Part shown: positions 52,605-64,000 of the stretch, one piece after another
Layout of the letters: each line of letters starts with the position of its first letter
How positions within the stretch are numbered: position 1 is the first letter of the stretch
Source of the DNA: the human T2T-CHM13v2.0 reference genome, Homo sapiens
Length of the DNA stretch: 64,000 nt
NCBI RefSeq assembly: GCF_009914755.1
Contig: NC_060936.1
Strand: one strand, 5' to 3'
Program-made: the position numbers and the translations under genes
The notes under the pieces: model-generated
What the model was told of the DNA's origin: nothing
The model's database searches: none
What the model saw: the letters and a program-made list of their open reading frames with translations, nothing else

Positions 52605-55317
52605 AGAATGATTCTGTCTAGTTTTTATACGAAGATGTTTCCTTTTCTACATTTGGTCTCAAAGCGATTGAAATCTCCAACTGGAAACTGCACAAATAGG
52701 GTGTTTCAAATCTGCTCTGTCTAAAGGAAGGTTCAACTCTGTGAGTTGAATACACACACCACAAATAAGTTACTGAGAATTCTTGTGTCGAACATTACAT
52801 GAAGAAATCCCGTTTCCAACGAAGGCCTCAAAGAGGTCCAAATATCCACTTGCAGACATTACAAACAGAGTGTTTCCAAACTGCTCAATCAAAAGAAAGT
52901 TTAAACTCTGTGAGCTGAACACACACATCAAAAAGAAGTTTCTGTGAATGATTCTGTCTAGATTTTATAAGAAGATGTTTCCTTTTCTACCGTAGGCCTC
53001 AAAGCGCTTGAAATCTCCAGCTGCAAATTCCACAAAAAGGGTGTTTAACATCTGCTCTTCTAAAGAAAAGTTCAACTCTATGAGTTGAATACACACAGCA
53101 CAAAGAAGTTACTGAGACTTCTCCTATCAAACATTATATGAAGAAATCCCGTTTCCAACGAAGGCCTCAAAGAGGTCCAAATATCTGCTTGCCGACTTTA
53201 CAGACAGAGTGTTTCCAAACTGCTCTATCAAAAGAAAGGTTAACCTCCTTGAGTTGAACACACACATCACAAAGTAGTTTCTGTGAATGATTCTGTCTAG
53301 TTTTTATACGAAGATGTTTCCTTTTCTACCTTTGGTCTCAATGCGATTGAAATCTCCACATGGAAACTCCACAAAAAGAGTGTTTCAAATCTGCTCTTTC
53401 TGAAGGAAGGTTCAACTCTGTGAGTTGAATACACACACCACAAATAAGTTACTGAGAATTCTTCTGTGTAACATTATATGAGGAAATCCCGTTTCCAACG
53501 AAGGCCTCAAAGAGGTCCAAATATCCACTTGCAGACTTTACAAAGACAGTGTCTCCAAACTCCTCCATCAAAAGAAAGCTTATACTCTGTGAATTGAACG
53601 CACACATCACAAAGTAGTTTCTGAGAATGATTCTGTCTAGTTTTTATACGAAGATATTTCCTTTTCTACATTTGGCCTAAAAGCGCTTGAAATCTCCACG
53701 TGCAAATATCACAAAAAGAGGGTTTCACATCTGCTCTGTCTAAAGGACAGTTCACCTCTGTGAATTGAATAGAGGCAACACATAGAACTTACTCAGTATT
53801 CTTCTTTCTAGCGTTATATGAAGAAATCCCGTTTCCAACGAAGGCCTCAAAGAGGTCCAAATATCTGCTTGCAGACTTTACAGACAGAGTGTTTCCAAAC
53901 TACTCTATGAAAAGAAAGCTTAAACTCCTTCAGTTGAACGCACACATCACAAAGTAGTTTCTGAGAATGATTCTGTCAAGTTTTTATACAAATGTATTTC
54001 CTTTTCTATGGCCTCAAAGCAATTGAAATCTCCAACTGGAAACTGCACAAATAGGGTGTTTCAAATCTGCTCTGTCTAAAGGAAGGTTCAACTCTGTGAT
54101 TTGAATACACACACCACAAATAAGTTACTGAGAATTCTTCTGTCGAACATTACTTGAAGAAATCCCGTTTCCAACGAAGGCCTCAAACAGGTCCAAATAT
54201 CCACTTGCAGACATTACAAACAGTGTGTTTCCAAACTGCTCCATCAAAAGAAAGGTTAAACTCTGTGAGCTGAACACACACATCAAAAAGAAGTTTCTGT
54301 GAATGATTCTGTCTAGATTTAAAAAGAAGATGTTTCCTTTTCTACCGTAGGCCTCAAAGCGCTTGAAATCTCCAGCTGCAAATTCCAGAAAAAGGGTGTT
54401 TAACATCTGCTCTTCTAAAGGAAAGTTCAACTCTATGAGTTGAATACACAAAGCACAAAGAAGTTACTGAGACTTCTCCTATCAAACATTATATGAAGAA
54501 ATCCCGTTTCCAACGAAGGCCTCAAAGAGGTCCAAATATCTGCTTGCAGACTTTACAGACAGAGTTTTTCCAAACTGCTCCATCAAAACAAAGTTAAACT
54601 CCTTGAATTGAACACACACATCACAAAGTAGTTTCTGTGAATGATTCTGTCTAGTTTTTATACGAAGATGTTTCCTTTTCTACCTTTGGTCTCAAAGCGA
54701 TTGAAATCTCCACATGGAAACTCCACAAAAAGAGTGTTTCAAATCTGCTCTGTCTAAAGGAAGGTTCAACTCTGTGAGTTGAATACACACACCACAAATA
54801 AGTTACTGAGAATTCTTCTGTGTAACACTATATGAGGAAATCCCGTTTCCAACGAAGGCCTCACAGAGGTCCAAATATCCACTTGCAGACTTTACAAAGA
54901 CAGTGTCTCCAAACTCCTCCATCAAAAGAAAGGTTATACTCTGTGAATTGAACGCACACATCACAAAGTAGTTTCTGAGAATGATTCTGTCTAGTTTTTA
55001 TACGAAGATATTTCCTTTTCTACATTTGGCCTAAAAGCGCTTGAAATCTCCACCTGCAAAAATCACAAAAAGAGGGTTTCACATCTGCTCTGTCTAAAGG
55101 ACAGTTCACCTCTGTGAGTTGAATAGAGGCAACACAAAGAACTTACTCAGTATTCTTCTTTCTAGCGTTCTATGAAGAAATCCCGTTTCCAACGAAAGCC
55201 TCAAAGAGGTCCAAATATCTGCTTGCAGACTTTACAGACAGAGTGTTTCCAAACTACTCTATGAAAAGAAAGCTTAAACTCCTTGAGTTGAACGCACACA
55301 TCACAAAGTAGTTTCTG

Positions 55318-55996
55318 AGAATGATTCTGTCTAGTTTTTATACGAAGATGTTTCCTTTTCTACATTTGGTCTCAAAGCGATTGAAATCTCCAACTGGAAA
55401 CTGCACAAATAGGGTGTTTCAAATCTGCTCTTTCTAAAGGAAGGTTCAACTCTGTGAGTTGAATACACACACCACAAATAAGTTACTGAGAATTCTTCTG
55501 TCGAACATTACATGAAGAAATCCCGTTTCCAACGAAGGCCTCAAACAGGTCCAAATATCCACTTGCAGACTTTACAAACAGTGTGTTTCCAAACTGCTCC
55601 ATCAAAAGAAAGGTTAAACTCTGTGAGCTGAACACACACATCAAAAAGAAGTTTCTGTGAATGATTCTGTCTAGATTTTATAAGAAGATGTTTCCTTTTC
55701 TACCGTAGGCCTCAAAGCGCTTGAAATCTATAGCTGCAAATTCCACAAAAAGGGTGTTTAACATCTGCTCTTCTAAAGGAAAGTTCAACTCTATGAGTTG
55801 AATACACACAGCACAAAGAAGTTACTGAGACTTCTCCTATCAAACATTATATGAAGAAATCCCGTTTCCAATGAAGGCCTCAAAGAGGTCCAAATATCTG
55901 CTTGCAGACTTTACAGACAGAGTTTTTCCAAACTGCTGCATCAAAAGAAAGGTTAAACTCCTTGAGTTGAACGCACACATCACAAACTAGTTTCTG
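55318..55996 (-). repeat. Variant HOR: 4-mer A - B (with D-like end), lacking C and D (679 bp)
   Basis: After dimer B (ending GAACGCACACATCACAAACTAGTTTCTGAGA) dimer A restarts at 55997. Confidence 0.86.
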
Positions 55997-58713
55997 AGAA
56001 TGATTCTGTCTAGTTTTTATACGAAGATGTTTCCTTTTCTACATTTGGTCTCAAAGCGATTGAAATCTCCAACTGGAAAATTCACAAATAGGGTGTTTCA
56101 AATCTGCTCTGTCTAAAGGAAGGTTCAACTCTGTGAGTTGAATGCACACACCACAAATAAGTTACTGAGAATTCTTCTGTCGAACATTACATGAAGAAAT
56201 CCCGTTTCCAACGAAGGCCTCAAAGAGGTCCAAATATCCACTTGCAGACATTACAAACAGTGTGTTTCCAAACTGCTCCATCAAAAGAAAGGTTAAACTC
56301 TGTGAGCTGAACACACACATCAAAAAGAAGTTTCTGTGAATGATTCTGTCTAGATTTTATAAGAAGATGTTTCCTTTTCTACCGTAGGCCTCAAAGCGCT
56401 TGAAATCTCCAGCTGCAAATTCCACAAAAAGGGTGTTTAACATCTGCTCTTCTAAAGGAAAGTTCAACTCTATGAGTTGAATACACACAGCACAAAGACG
56501 TTACTGAGATTTCTCCTCTCAAACATTATATGAAGAAATCCCGTTTCCAACGAAGGCCTCAAAGAGGTCCAAATATCTGCTTGCAGACTTTACAGACAGA
56601 GTTTTTCCATACTGCTCCATCAAAAGAAAGGTTAAACTCCTTGAGTTGAACACACACATCACAAAGTAGTTTCTGTGAATGATTCTGTCTAGTTTTTATA
56701 CGAAGATGTTTCCTTTTCTACCTTTGGTCTCAAAGCGATTGAAATCTCCACATGGAAACTACACAAAAAGAGTGTTTCAAATCTACTCTTTCTGAAGGAA
56801 GGTTCAACTCTGTGAGTTGAATATACACACCACAAATAAGTTACTGAGAATTCTTCTGTGTAACATTATATGAGGAAATCCCGTTTCCAACGAAGGCCAC
56901 AAAGAGGTCCAAGTATCCACTTGCAGACTTTTCAAAGACAGTGTCTGCAAACTCCTCCATCAAAAGAAAGGTTATACTCTGTGAATTGAACGCACACATC
57001 ACAAAGTAGTTTCTGAGAATGATTCTGACTAGTTTTTTTACGAAGATATTTCCTTTTCTACATTTGGCCTCAAAGCGCTTGAAATCTCCACCTGCAAATA
57101 TCACAAAATAGGGTTTCACATCTGCTCTGTCTAAAGCACAGTTCACCTCTGTGAGTTGAATAGAGGCAACACAAAGAACTTACTCAGTATTCTTCTTTCT
57201 AGCGTTATATGAAGAAATCCCATTTCCAACGAAGGCCTCAAAGAGGTCCAAATATCTTCTTGCAGACTTTACAGACAGAGTGTTTCCAAACTACTCTATG
57301 AAAAGAAAGCTTAAACTCCTTGAGTTGAACGCACACATCACAAACTAGTTTCTGAGAATGATTCTGGCTTGTTTTTATACATAGTTATTTCCGTTTCTAT
57401 GATTGGCCTCAAAGCGATTGAAATCTCCAACTGGAAACTGCACAAATAGGGTGTTTCAAATCTGCTCTGTCTAAAGGAAGGTTCAACTCTGTGAGTTGAA
57501 AACACACACCACAAATAAGTTACTGAGAATTCTTCTGTCGAACATTACATGAAGAAATCCCGTTTCCAACGAAGGCCTCAAAGAGGTCCAAATATCCACT
57601 TGCAGACATTACAAACAGAGTGTTTCCAAACTGCTCCATCAAAAGAAAGGTTAAACTCTGTGAGCTGAACACACACATCAAAAAGAAGTTTCTGTGAATG
57701 ATTCTGTCTAGATTTTATAAGAAGATGTTTCCTTTTCTACCGTAGGCCTCAAAGCGCTTGAAATCTCCAGCTGCAAATTCCACAAAAAGGGTGTTTAACA
57801 TCTGCTCTTCTAAAGGAAAGTTCAACTCTATGAGTTGAATACACACAGCACAAAGAAGTTACTGAGACTTCTCCTATCAAACATTATATGAAGAAATCCC
57901 GCTTCCAACGAAGGCCTCAAAGAAGTCCAAATATCTGCTCGCAAACTTTACAGACAGAGTGTTTCCAAACTGCTCCATCAAAAGAAAGGTTAACCTCCTT
58001 GAGTTGAACACACACATCACAAAGTAGTTTCTGTGAGTGATTCTTTCTAGTTTTTATACGAAGATGTTTCCTTTTCTACCTTTGGTCTCAATGCGATTGA
58101 AATCTCCACATGGAAACTCCACAAAAAGAGTGTTTCAAATCTTCTCTTTCTGAAGGAAGGTTCAACTCTGTGAGTTGAATACACACACCACAAATAAGTT
58201 ACTGAGAATTCTTCTGTGTAACATTATATGAGGAAATCCCGTTTCCAACGAAGGCCTCAAAGAGGTCCAAATATCCACTTGCAGACTTTACAAAGACAGT
58301 GTCTCCAAACTCCTCCATCAAAAGAAAGGTTATACTCTGTGAATTGAACGCACACATCACAAAGTAGTTTCTGAGAATGATTCTGACTAGTTTTTATACG
58401 AAGATATTTCCTTTTCTACATTTGGCCTAAAAGCACTTGAAATCTCCACCTGCAAATATCACAAAAAGAGGGTTTCACATCTGCTCTGTCTAAAGGACAG
58501 TTCACCTCTGTGAGTTGAATAGAGGCAACACATAGAACTTACTCAGTATTCTTCTTTCTAGCGTTCCATGAAGAAAACCCGTTTCCAACGAAGACCTCAA
58601 AGAGGTCCAAATATCTGCTTGCAGACTTTACAGACAGAGTGTTTCCAAACTACTTTATGAAAAGAAAGCTTAAACATCTTGAGTTGAACGCACACATCAC
58701 AAAGTAGTTTCTG

Positions 58714-60407
58714 AGAATGATTCTGTCTAGTTTTTATACGAAGATGTTTCCTTTTCTACATTTGGACTCAAAGCGATTGAAATCTCCAACTGGAAACTGC
58801 ACAAATAGGGTGTTTCAAATCTGCTCTGTCTAAAGGAAGGTTCAACTCTGTGAGTTGAATACACACACCACAAATAAGTTACTGAGAATTCTTCTGTCGA
58901 ACATTACATGAAGAAATCCCGTTTCCAACGAAGGCCTCAAAGAGGTCCAAATATCCACTTGCAGACATTACAAACAGTGTGTTTCCAAACTGCTCCATCA
59001 AAAGAAAGGTTAAACTCTGTGAGCTGAACACACACATCAAAAAGAAGTTTCTGTGAATGATTCTGTCTAGATTTTATAAGAAGATGTTTCCTTTTCTACC
59101 GTAGGCCTCAAAGCGCTTGAAATCTCCAGCTGCAAATTCCACAAAAAGGGGGTTTAACATCTGCTCTTCTAAAGGAAAGTTCAACTCTATGAGTTGAATA
59201 CACACAGCACAAAGAAGTTACTGAGACTTCTCCTATCAAACATTATATGAAGAAATCCCGTTTCCAACGAAGGTCTCAAAGACGTCCAAATATCCACTTG
59301 CAGACATTATAAACAGTGTGTTTCCAAACTGCTCCATCAAAAGAAAGGTTAAACTCTGTGAGCTGAACACACACATCAAAAAGAAGTTTCTGTGAATGAT
59401 TCTGTCTAGATTTTATAAGAAGATGTTTCCTTTTCTACCATAGGCCTCAAAGCGCTTGAAATCTCCAGCTGCAAATTCCACAAAAAGGGTGTTTAACATC
59501 TGCTCTTCTAAAGGAAAGTTCAAATCTATGAGTTGAATACACACAGCACAAAGAAGTTACTGAGACTTCTCCTATCAAACATTATATGAAGAAATCCCGT
59601 TTCCAACGAAGGCCTCAAAGAGGTCCAAATATCTGCTTGCAGACTTTACAGACAGAGTGTTTCCAAACTGCTCCATCAAAAGAAAGGTTAACCTCCTTGA
59701 GTTGAACACACACATCACAAAGTAGTTTCTGTGAATGATTCTTTCTAGTTTTTATACGAAGATGTTTCCTTTTCTACCTTTGGTCTCAATGCGATTGAAA
59801 TCTCCACATGGAAACTCCACAAAAAGAGTGTTTCAAATCTGCTCTTTCTGAAGGAAGGTTCAACTCTGTGAGTTGAATACACACACCACAAATAAGTTAC
59901 TGAGAATTCTTCTGTGTAACATTATATGAGGAAATCCCGTTTCCAACGAAGGCCTCAAAGAGGTCCAAATATCCACTTGCAGACTTTACAAAGACAGTGT
60001 CTCCAAACTCCTCCATCAAAAGAAAGGTTATACTCTGTGAATTGAACGCACACATCACAAAGTAGTTTCTGAGAATGATTGTGTCTAGTTTTTATACGAA
60101 GATATTTCCTTTTCTACATTTGGCCTAAAAGCGCTTGAAATCTCCACCTGCAAATATCAGAAAAAGAGGGTTTCACATCTGCTCTGTCTAAAGGACAGTT
60201 CACCTCTGTGAGTTGAATAGAGGCAACACAAAGTACTTACTCAGTATTCTTCTTTCTAGCGTTCTATGAAGAAATCCCGTTTCCAACGAAGGCCTCAAAG
60301 AGGTCCAAATATCTGCTTGCAGACTTTACAGAGTGTTTCCAAACTACTCTATGAAAAGAAAGCTTAAACTCCTTGAGTTGAACGCACACATCACAAAGTA
60401 GTTTCTG
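58714..60407 (-). repeat. Variant HOR: 10-mer A - B/A hybrid - B - C - D (1,694 bp), copy 1
   Basis: The extra dimer 59054-59392 has a B first part, then an A tail (GACGTCCAAATATCCACTTGCAGACATTATAAACAGTGTG...GAGCTGAAC). There is a 4-bp deletion at ~60330. Confidence 0.88.
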
Positions 60408-61766
60408 AGAATGATTCTGTCTAGTTTTTATACGAAGATGTTTCCTTTTCTACATTTCGTCTCAAAGCGATTGAAATCTCCAACTGGAAACTGCACAAAT
60501 AGGGTGTTTCAAATCTGCTCTGTCTAAAGGAAGGTTCAACTCTGTGAGTTGAATACACACACCACAAATAAGTTACTGAGAATTCTTCTGTCGAACATTA
60601 CATGAAGAAATCCCGTTTCCAACGAAGGCCTCAAAGAGGTCCAAATATCCACTTGCAGACATTACAAACAGAGTGTTTCCAAACTGCTCCATCAAAAGAA
60701 AGGTTAAACTCTGTGAGCTGAACACACACATCAAAAAGAAGTTTCTGTGAATGATTCTGTCTAGATTTTATAAGAAGATGTTTCCTTTTCTACCGTAGGC
60801 CTCAAAGCGCTTGAAATCTCCAGCTGCAAATTCCACAAAAAGGGTGTTTAACATCTGCTCTTCTAAAGGAATGTTCAACTCTATGAGTTGAATACACACA
60901 GCACAAAGAAGTTACTGAGACTTCTCCTATCAAACATTATATGAAGAAATCCCGCTTCCAACGAAGGCCTCAAAGAAGTCCAAATATCTGCTCACAAACT
61001 TTACAGACAGAGTGTTTCCAAACTGCTCCATCAAAAGAAAGGTTAACCTCCTTGAGTTGAACACACACATCACAAAGTAGTTTCTGTGAGTGATTCTTTC
61101 TAGTTTTTATACGAAGATGTTTCCTTTTCTACCTTTGGTCTCAATGCGATTGAAATCTCCACATGGAAACTCCACAAAAAGAGTGTTTCAAATCTGCTCT
61201 TTCTGAAGGAAGGTTCAAATCTGTGAGTTGAATACACACACCACAAATAAGTTACTGAGAATTCTTCTGTGTAACATTATATGAGGAAATCCCGTTTCCA
61301 ACGAAGGCCTCAAAGAGGTCCAAATATCCACTTGCAGACTTTACAAAGACAGTGTCTCCAAACTCCTCCATCAAAAGAAAGGTTATACTCTGTGAATTGA
61401 ACGCACACATCACAAAGTAGTTTCTGAGAATGATTCTGACTACTTTTTATACGAAGATATTTCCTTTTCTACATTTGGCCTAAAAGCACTTGAAATCTCC
61501 ACCTGCAAATATCACAAAAAGAGGGTTTCACATCTGCTCTGTCTACAGGACAGTTCACCTCTGTGATTTGAATAGAGGCAACACATAGAACTTACTCAGT
61601 ATTCTTCTTTCTAGCGTTCCATGAAGAAAACCCGTTTCCAACGAAGGCCTCAAAGAGGTCCAAATATCTGCTTGCAGACTTTACAGACAGAGTGTTTCCA
61701 AACAACTTTATGAAAAGAAAGCTTAAACTCCTTGAGTTGAACGCACATATCACAAAGTAGTTTCTG

Positions 61767-63456
61767 AGAATGATTCTGTCTAGTTTTTATACGAAGATGT
61801 TTCCTTTTCTACATTTCGTCTCAAAGCGATTGAAATCTCCAACTGGAAACTGCACAAATAGGGTGTTTCAAATCTGCTCTGTCTAAAGGAAGGTTCAACT
61901 CTGTGAGTTGAATACACACACCACAAATAAGTTACTGAGAATTCTTCTGTCGAACATTACATGAAGAAATCCCGTTTCCAACGAAGGCCTCAAAGAGGTC
62001 CAAATATCCACTTGCAGACATTACAGAGTGTTTCCAAACTGCTCCATCAAAAGAAAGGTTAAAGTCTGTGAGCTGAACACACACATCAAAAAGAAGTTTC
62101 TGTGAGTGATTCTGTCTAGATTTTATAAGAAGATGTTTCCTTTTCTACCATAGGCCTCAAAGCGCTTGAAATCTCCAGCTGCAAATTCCACAAAAAGGGG
62201 GTTTAACATCTGCTCTTCTAAAGGAAAGTTCAACTCTATGAGTTGAATACACACAGCACAAAGAAGTTACTGAGACTTCTCCTATCAAACATTATATGAA
62301 GAAATCCCGTTTCCAACGAAGGCCTCAAAGACGTCCAAATATCCACTTGCAGACATTATAAACAGTGTGTTTCCAAACTGCTCCATCAAAAGAAAGGTTA
62401 AACTCTGTGAGCTGAACACACACATCAAAAAGAAGTTTCTGTGAATGATTCTGTCTAGATTTTATAAGAAGATGTTTCCTTTTCTACCATAGGCCTCAAA
62501 GCGCTTGAAATCTCCAGCTGCAAATTCCACAAAAAGGGTGTTTAACATCTGCTCTTCTAAAGGAAAGTTCAAATCTATGAGTTGAATACACACAGCACAA
62601 AGAAGTTACTGAGACTTCTCCTATCAAACATTATATGAAGAAATCCCGTTTCCAACGAAGGCCTCAAAGAGGTCCAAATATCTGCTTGCAGACTTTACAG
62701 ACAGAGTGTTTCCAAACTGCTCCATCAAAAGAAAGGTTAACCTCCTTGAGTTGAACACACACATCACAAAGTAGTTTCTGTGAATGATTCTTTCTAGTTT
62801 TTATACGAAGATGTTTCCTTTTCTACCTTTGGTCTCAATGCGATTGAAATCTCCACATGGAAACTCCACAAAAAGAGTGTTTCAAATCTGCTCTTTCTGA
62901 AGGAAGGTTCAACTCTGTGAGTTGAATACACACACCACAAATAAGTTACTGAGAATTCTTCTGTGTAACATTATATGAGGAAATCCCGTTTCCAACGAAG
63001 GCCTCAAAGAGGTCCAAATATCCACTTGCAGACTTTACAAAGACAGTGTCTCCAAACTCCTCCATCAAAAGAAAGGTTATACTCTGTGAATTGAACGCAC
63101 ACATCACAAAGAAGTTTCTGAGAATGATTGTGTCTAGTTTTTATACGAAGATATTTCCTTTTCTACATTTGGCCTAAAAGCGCTTGAAATCTCCACCTGC
63201 AAATATCAGAAAAAGAGGGTTTCACATCTGCTCTGTCTAAAGGACAGTTCACCTCTGTGAGTTGAATAGAGGCAACACAAAGTACTTACTCAGTATTCTT
63301 CTTTCTAGCGTTCTATGAAGAAATCCCGTTTCCAACGAAGGCCTCAAAGAGGTCCAAATATCTGCTTGCAGACTTTACAGAGTGTTTCCAAACTACTCTA
63401 TGAAAAGAAAGCTTAAACTCCTTGAGTTGAACGCACACATCACAAAGTAGTTTCTG
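61767..63456 (-). repeat. Variant HOR: 10-mer A - B/A hybrid - B - C - D (1,690 bp), copy 2
   Basis: The extra dimer 62103-62441 has the same markers. There are 4-bp deletions at ~62025 and ~63380. Confidence 0.88.
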
Positions 63457-64000
63457 AGAATGATTCTGTCTAGTTTTTATACGAAGATGTTTCCTTTTCT
63501 ACATTTCGTCTCAAAGCGATTGAAATCTCCAACTGGAAACTGCACAAATAGGGTGTTTCAAATCTGCTCTGTCTAAAGGAAGGTTCAACTCTGTGAGTTG
63601 AATACACACACCACAAATAAGTTACTGAGAATTCTTCTGTCGAACATTACATGAAGAAATCCCGTTTCCAACGAAGGCCTCAAAGAGGTCCAAATATCCA
63701 CTTGCAGACATTACAAACAGAGTGTTTCCAAACTGCTCCATCAAAAGAAAGGTTAAACTCTGTGAGCTGAACACACACATCAAAAAGAAGTTTCTGTGAA
63801 TGATTCTGTCTAGATTTTATAAGAAGATGTTTCCTTTTCTACCGTAGGCCTCAAAGCGCTTGAAATCTCCAGCTGCAAATTCCACAAAAAGGGTGTTTAA
63901 CATCTGCTCTTCTAAAGGAATGTTCAACTCTATGAGTTGAATACACACAGCACAAAGAAGTTACTGAGACTTCTCCTATCAAACATTATATGAAGAAATC

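Larger units (their letters stand above)
1..64000 (-). repeat. Centromeric alpha-satellite higher-order repeat array, SF1 (J1/J2 dimeric), ~1,359-bp 8-mer HOR; probably human chr12 D12Z3 / S1C12H1L
   Basis: Seen: ~170-bp monomer and ~340-bp dimer periodicity over the whole window. HOR starts (AGAATGATTCTGTC) at 1, 1358, 2717, 4074 ... 60408, 63457, with modal spacing 1355-1360. TCCCGTTTCCAACGAAG (reverse complement of CENP-B box CTTCGTTGGAAACGGGA) recurs every ~340 bp, and EcoRI GAATTC occurs in dimers A and C. Established: alternating box/no-box EcoRI dimers with the GAATGATTCTGTCTAGTTTTTATACGAAG monomer are SF1. Inference from memory: motifs CTGTCGAACATTACAGGAAGAAATC (180-204) and AGTGTCTCCAAACTCCTTCATC (~5013-5034) match what I recall as D12Z3-specific sequence. 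Confidence in alpha satellite ~0.99; in the chr12 assignment ~0.8. Confidence 0.97.

Noticed and set aside
807-57146. Sixteen 63-108 aa ORFs in the six-frame track (e.g. MMCAFNSQS..., MNRGNTKTYS..., MCIQLIELNF...)
   Set aside because: All lie within alpha-satellite monomers and appear only where 1-bp indels or point changes remove stops. They recur exactly with the DNA duplications and have no recognisable domain, promoter or splice context. They are useful only as duplication markers.
1-64000. CRISPR-like appearance of a conserved ~35-bp motif (GAAATCCCGTTTCCAACGAAGGCCTCAAAGAGGTCC) at regular intervals
   Set aside because: The intervening ~300 bp are themselves repeats, not unique spacers. 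The motif is the CENP-B box region and there are no cas genes.
1-64000. Possible transposon (L1/Alu) insertion, inversion or non-satellite island
   Set aside because: The monomer register and orientation continue without interruption. I saw no poly-A tail, target-site duplication, GC-rich Alu sequence or + strand CTTCGTTGGAAACGGGA.
1-64000. Assignment to other 8-mer arrays (D10Z1, D14Z9/D22Z1, D18Z1, D20Z2)
   Set aside because: Monomer features are SF1-like, which disfavours the SF2 arrays, and recalled diagnostic motifs fit D12Z3 better than D10Z1. This is not formally excluded without a database alignment.
1-64000. A previously undescribed biological system
   Set aside because: Everything seen is explained by a known centromeric satellite family and its known modes of turnover. 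Only the specific local variant architecture may be unreported.

Overview
The whole 64 kb window is one uninterrupted primate (almost certainly human) centromeric alpha-satellite array in a single orientation. It consists of ~170-bp monomers in ~340-bp dimers with a CENP-B box in every second monomer. Four distinguishable dimers (called A, B, C, D here) form a ~1,359-bp 8-monomer higher-order repeat (HOR). The EcoRI-dimer J1/J2-type organisation indicates suprachromosomal family 1 (SF1). The 8-mer length and diagnostic motifs, recalled from memory, point to the chromosome 12 live array D12Z3 (S1C12H1L); this should be confirmed by alignment. Reading by eye, I count 37 complete canonical 8-mers, 13 structurally variant units (2-, 4-, 6-, 10-mers and a rearranged 8-mer) and one partial unit at the end. 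There are no genes, RNA genes, transposon insertions, inversions or CRISPR arrays, and all listed ORFs are repeat artefacts. I found no previously undescribed biological system. The interesting signal is the array's internal history: nested multi-kb duplications (offsets 6,785, 15,616, 14,258, 19,688, 4,416, ~3,050 bp), hybrid dimers that always preserve CENP-B spacing, a 9-substitution alternative monomer segment forming a 17-kb domain, amplified CENP-B-box-killing mutations and a locally more diverged patch at ~54-57 kb.
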